Source: Chitinophaga pinensis (lineage in GTDB: Bacteria; Bacteroidota; Bacteroidia; NS11-12g; UBA9320). Taken from it: 51,149 nt of DNA. The notes under the pieces are model-generated. The model was not told the DNA's origin and made no database searches. It saw nothing but the letters and a program-made list of their open reading frames with translations. This document shows positions 48,757 to 51,149 of this stretch, piece by piece (the stretch's first letter is position 1; each line of letters starts with the position of its first letter). The stretch lies in contig CAMDXE010000003.1 of NCBI GenBank assembly GCA_945878925.1, forward strand, positions 1-51,149, read 5' to 3'. The translations under genes and the position numbers were made by a program.

Positions 48757-49824
48757 GTGCTAAATACTTCTCAAAACCTATACCAAGACGAACACGAAAC
48801 GGATGAGCCGCTATCGGACGATTATTTTATTTTACATCGTTTTGTGGTCGATAAGGGACAAGATTTATTAAGAATCGACAAATTCTTAATGGATAGAATA
48901 GAAAACGTAACACGGGTAAAAATTCAGGAAGGAATAGATTCGTCGAAAGTTTTGGTGAATGACAAAACCACCAAATCGAGCTATAAGGTAAAACCTGGAG
49001 ATGAGATTATTGTAATAGCATTCGAAGCCCCGCGTGATCTTGAAATTATACCCGAAGACATCCCCTTAGACATCGTATATGAGGATGAACATTTAGCCAT
49101 TATTAACAAAAAACCAGGAATGGTGGCACATCCCGGCTATGGCAATTATACCGGAACCTTAGTTAATGCCTTGGCTTGGCACTTTAAAAAAGGCGCGCCC
49201 GAAGGCGATATTCGGCCCTGGTTGGTTCATCGCATCGATAAAGATACGTCGGGACTTATGATTATTGCCAAAACCGAAATGGCTATGAATAAATTGGCCG
49301 CCCAATTCAAAGCACATTCTATTAATCGTATATACAATGCATTGGTTTGGGGAACATTTAATGAACAAGAAGGCACAATAACCGGAAATATTGCGCGAAG
49401 CGAGAGAGATCGAAAAATTTTCAGAGTTTATGACAATCCCGAAACGGGTAAACATGCCGTTACTCATTTTAAGGTATTGCAAAACCTAACCTATGTGTCT
49501 TTGATAGAATGCAAACTAGAAACGGGCCGAACGCATCAAATTCGAGTACATTTAAAACATATTGGCCATACGCTTTTTAACGATACGCATTATGGAGGTC
49601 ATAAAATATTGAAGGGCGTAGTGTTTAGCAAGTACAAACAGTTTGTTGAGAATTGTTTTAACACCATGCCTCGTCAAGCCTTACATGCCAAAACCTTAGG
49701 ATTTATTCACCCAGCCACCGATGAATATGTGTTTTTTGAATCTGAACTCCCCAAAGATTTTAGAACCGTATTAACCAAATGGGAAAAAGTGAATGAAACC
49801 TATGATCTGGGCGAAAATTCATAA
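48757..49824 (+). CDS. rluD: RluA/RluD-family pseudouridine synthase with S4 domain
   Basis: RIDKFL S4 domain, NKKPGMVAHP, HRIDKDTSG, ETGRTHQIRVH and QALHA. Likely start GTG 48757, after TAATTTTG at 48726-48733. Confidence 0.9.
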   Translation: MLNTSQNLYQDEHETDEPLSDDYFILHRFVVDKGQDLLRIDKFLMDRIENVTRVKIQEGIDSSKVLVNDKTTKSSYKVKPGDEIIVIAFEAPRDLEIIPEDIPLDIVYEDEHLAIINKKPGMVAHPGYGNYTGTLVNALAWHFKKGAPEGDIRPWLVHRIDKDTSGLMIIAKTEMAMNKLAAQFKAHSINRIYNALVWGTFNEQEGTITGNIARSERDRKIFRVYDNPETGKHAVTHFKVLQNLTYVSLIECKLETGRTHQIRVHLKHIGHTLFNDTHYGGHKILKGVVFSKYKQFVENCFNTMPRQALHAKTLGFIHPATDEYVFFESELPKDFRTVLTKWEKVNETYDLGENS

Positions 49825-49858
49825 ATTTTAACACCAGACTTATCACCTGCTAAAATAA

Positions 49859-50350
49859 ATGATAGTATCCATTATAGCCGCTATAGGCCAAAACAATGAA
49901 CTGGGAGCAAACAATAAATTGCTTTGGCGATTGAGCGACGATTTAAAACTTTTCAAACAACTTACTTTGGGGCATTGCATAATTATGGGGCGCAAAACCT
50001 TTGAGTCCATTGGCAAACCCCTGCCCGGCCGAATAAATATTGTGGTAACAACAAGCCGTATAGAAATAGAAGGAATATATACAGCCATCGACTTAAATCA
50101 TGCCATTGAGATGGCACGTGAAACCGGAGAAAAAGAAGCATTTATTATTGGCGGTGGCCAGATTTATTCGTATTCGATGGATCTGGCAGACAAGCTTTAT
50201 TTAACCCACGTAAAGGCTGATTTTCCGGAAGCTGAAGTTTTTTTGCCCGCAATCGACTTCGATGAATGGAAAACTATAGATTCGAAATCCTATATTCAAG
50301 ATGAAAAAAATGAATACGATTTTGAGTTCAAGGCTTATGTAAGGAAATAA
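49859..50350 (+). CDS. folA: Dihydrofolate reductase
   Basis: LLWRLSDDL, IMGRKTFESIG, LPGRINIV and IIGGGQIY. Confidence 0.95.
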   Translation: MIVSIIAAIGQNNELGANNKLLWRLSDDLKLFKQLTLGHCIIMGRKTFESIGKPLPGRINIVVTTSRIEIEGIYTAIDLNHAIEMARETGEKEAFIIGGGQIYSYSMDLADKLYLTHVKADFPEAEVFLPAIDFDEWKTIDSKSYIQDEKNEYDFEFKAYVRK

Positions 50351-50375
50351 TTTTCAAATTGTTTGCCTCCATGGC

Positions 50376-50468
50376 TGTAATGCTGAACGCCCCGATTTTT
50401 TATCGGGGAAGCATCTTTACTTTAATGATAGATTCCTTCCCGATAAAAAATCGGGGCACTTAGAAAGG
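50376..50468. repeat. REP/MITE-like nested palindromic element
   Basis: CCCCGATTTTTTATCGGG (50390-50407) and its exact reverse complement (50439-50456); each is itself a hairpin. Confidence 0.75.
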
Positions 50469-50571
50469 TAAAATATTTCGCCTGATTACGTGAATTTAAG
50501 TAACTAAAACCTATTGTTTACGAATAGTGTATATATAATTCGATGTATTACATTTGTAAAGTCAATTCAGT

Positions 50572-50979
50572 ATGAACAATAGTATTAGCGAAGTGAGGAA
50601 TAGGGATTTTATTCGTGTTAAGCGAAATAAAAAAGAAGGCCAAATAAGATGCGTTACTACATCTATTACATTCAAAGATAAAGATACAAAACAAATGGTA
50701 ATGTATGTTCCATCTTTAGAATTAAGTGCATATGGCGATACCACCGAAAATGCTAAAAAAATGTTAGAGTTTCAAGTAAATGAATTTCTTTTACATTTGT
50801 TAAAAATGCCTAATAAGGCTCAAAAGATTACCCTACTAGACCTTGGTTGGACACAAGGCAAGTTTGCTCATAAAGAATATTCTAATTCCTATGTGGATGT
50901 TGCCGGGACCCTTACAGATTTTAACATTGAAGACGGTACTCCTATACATGTGGAGCAACAGGAACTTGTTGCTGCATAA
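50572..50979 (+). CDS. Hypothetical protein with HicB-like domain
   Basis: VMYVPSLELSAYGDTTENAKKML resembles the HicB partial RNase H fold; TACATTTG -7 element at 50549-50556. Confidence 0.55.
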   Translation: MNNSISEVRNRDFIRVKRNKKEGQIRCVTTSITFKDKDTKQMVMYVPSLELSAYGDTTENAKKMLEFQVNEFLLHLLKMPNKAQKITLLDLGWTQGKFAHKEYSNSYVDVAGTLTDFNIEDGTPIHVEQQELVAA

Positions 50980-51005
50980 TGGGCAACTTTCGCCCTTTAC
51001 GGTAG
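50979..51005 (+). pseudogene. 5' stub of a translationally coupled gene interrupted by the IS (possibly HicA-like)
   Basis: TAATG overlap with the upstream stop; reads MGNFRPL, then runs into the IS end and a TAG. Confidence 0.4.
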
Positions 51006-51149
51006 TATCTCACTAAGTGTGTAAGTTAAAAAGTTGTTCTGAAAAATTTTGACCTTAATCCAAAAAGGTCATAAAATTTTCGGAAATAACTTTTTTATTA
51101 ACTTTAACACACTAAAAATGAAAAAAGAAGAATTATTAAACAGCGATTT
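51001..51149 (+). mobile_element. Left end of an IS256-family insertion sequence
   Basis: GGTAGTATCTCACTAAGTGTGTAAGT resembles IS256-family terminal repeats; a long internal inverted repeat follows; transposase-like start at 51118. Confidence 0.7.
51118..51149 (+). CDS. N-terminus of IS256-family transposase (truncated by window end)
   Basis: MKKEELLNSD(F) resembles the start of Bacteroidota IS256 transposases; only 10 full codons are visible. Confidence 0.6.
   Translation, partial: MKKEELLNSD

Noticed and set aside
710-50744. Numerous short ORFs antisense or out of frame within real genes (e.g. 12081-12665, 23527-23979, 22648-23016, 45277-45750)
   Set aside because: They shadow well-supported genes and have no recognisable motifs.

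Overview
A 51-kb, AT-rich chromosomal window from a Bacteroidota bacterium. The assignment rests on T9SS C-terminal sorting domains, TAnnTTTG -7 promoter elements and a Bacteroidota-type FtsZ tail and dcw gene order. The left half carries dispersed amino-acid catabolism genes: kynU, nbaC, nbaD, a 2-aminomuconate-semialdehyde dehydrogenase, an ALDH7, an FAH-family hydrolase, maeB and meaB. The centre is a mraZ-to-ftsZ dcw cluster, preceded by a minimal iscS-iscU-iscA operon. The right end has mce, a YoeB toxin-antitoxin pair, dnaX, a PHP phosphatase, a PGI/PMI, rluD, folA, a HicB-like gene and the left end of an IS256-family element. No rRNA, tRNA or CRISPR array was seen. The best leads are: (1) a T9SS-secreted protein fusing a c-type heme domain to a PHM/DBH-type dicopper monooxygenase with all six Cu ligands; (2) a LolA-like / signal-peptide YidD-like / TPR-membrane operon; (3) two low-GC cassettes pairing a small Cys-containing secreted protein with a large secreted partner; (4) a cytidylate-kinase homolog with several NMP-site residues replaced; (5) an A10 slippage site in dnaX with stops in both alternative frames; (6) MraZ-type repeats overlapping a perfect DnaA box upstream of dcw. 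All family calls come from motif recognition by eye; no database searches were run.
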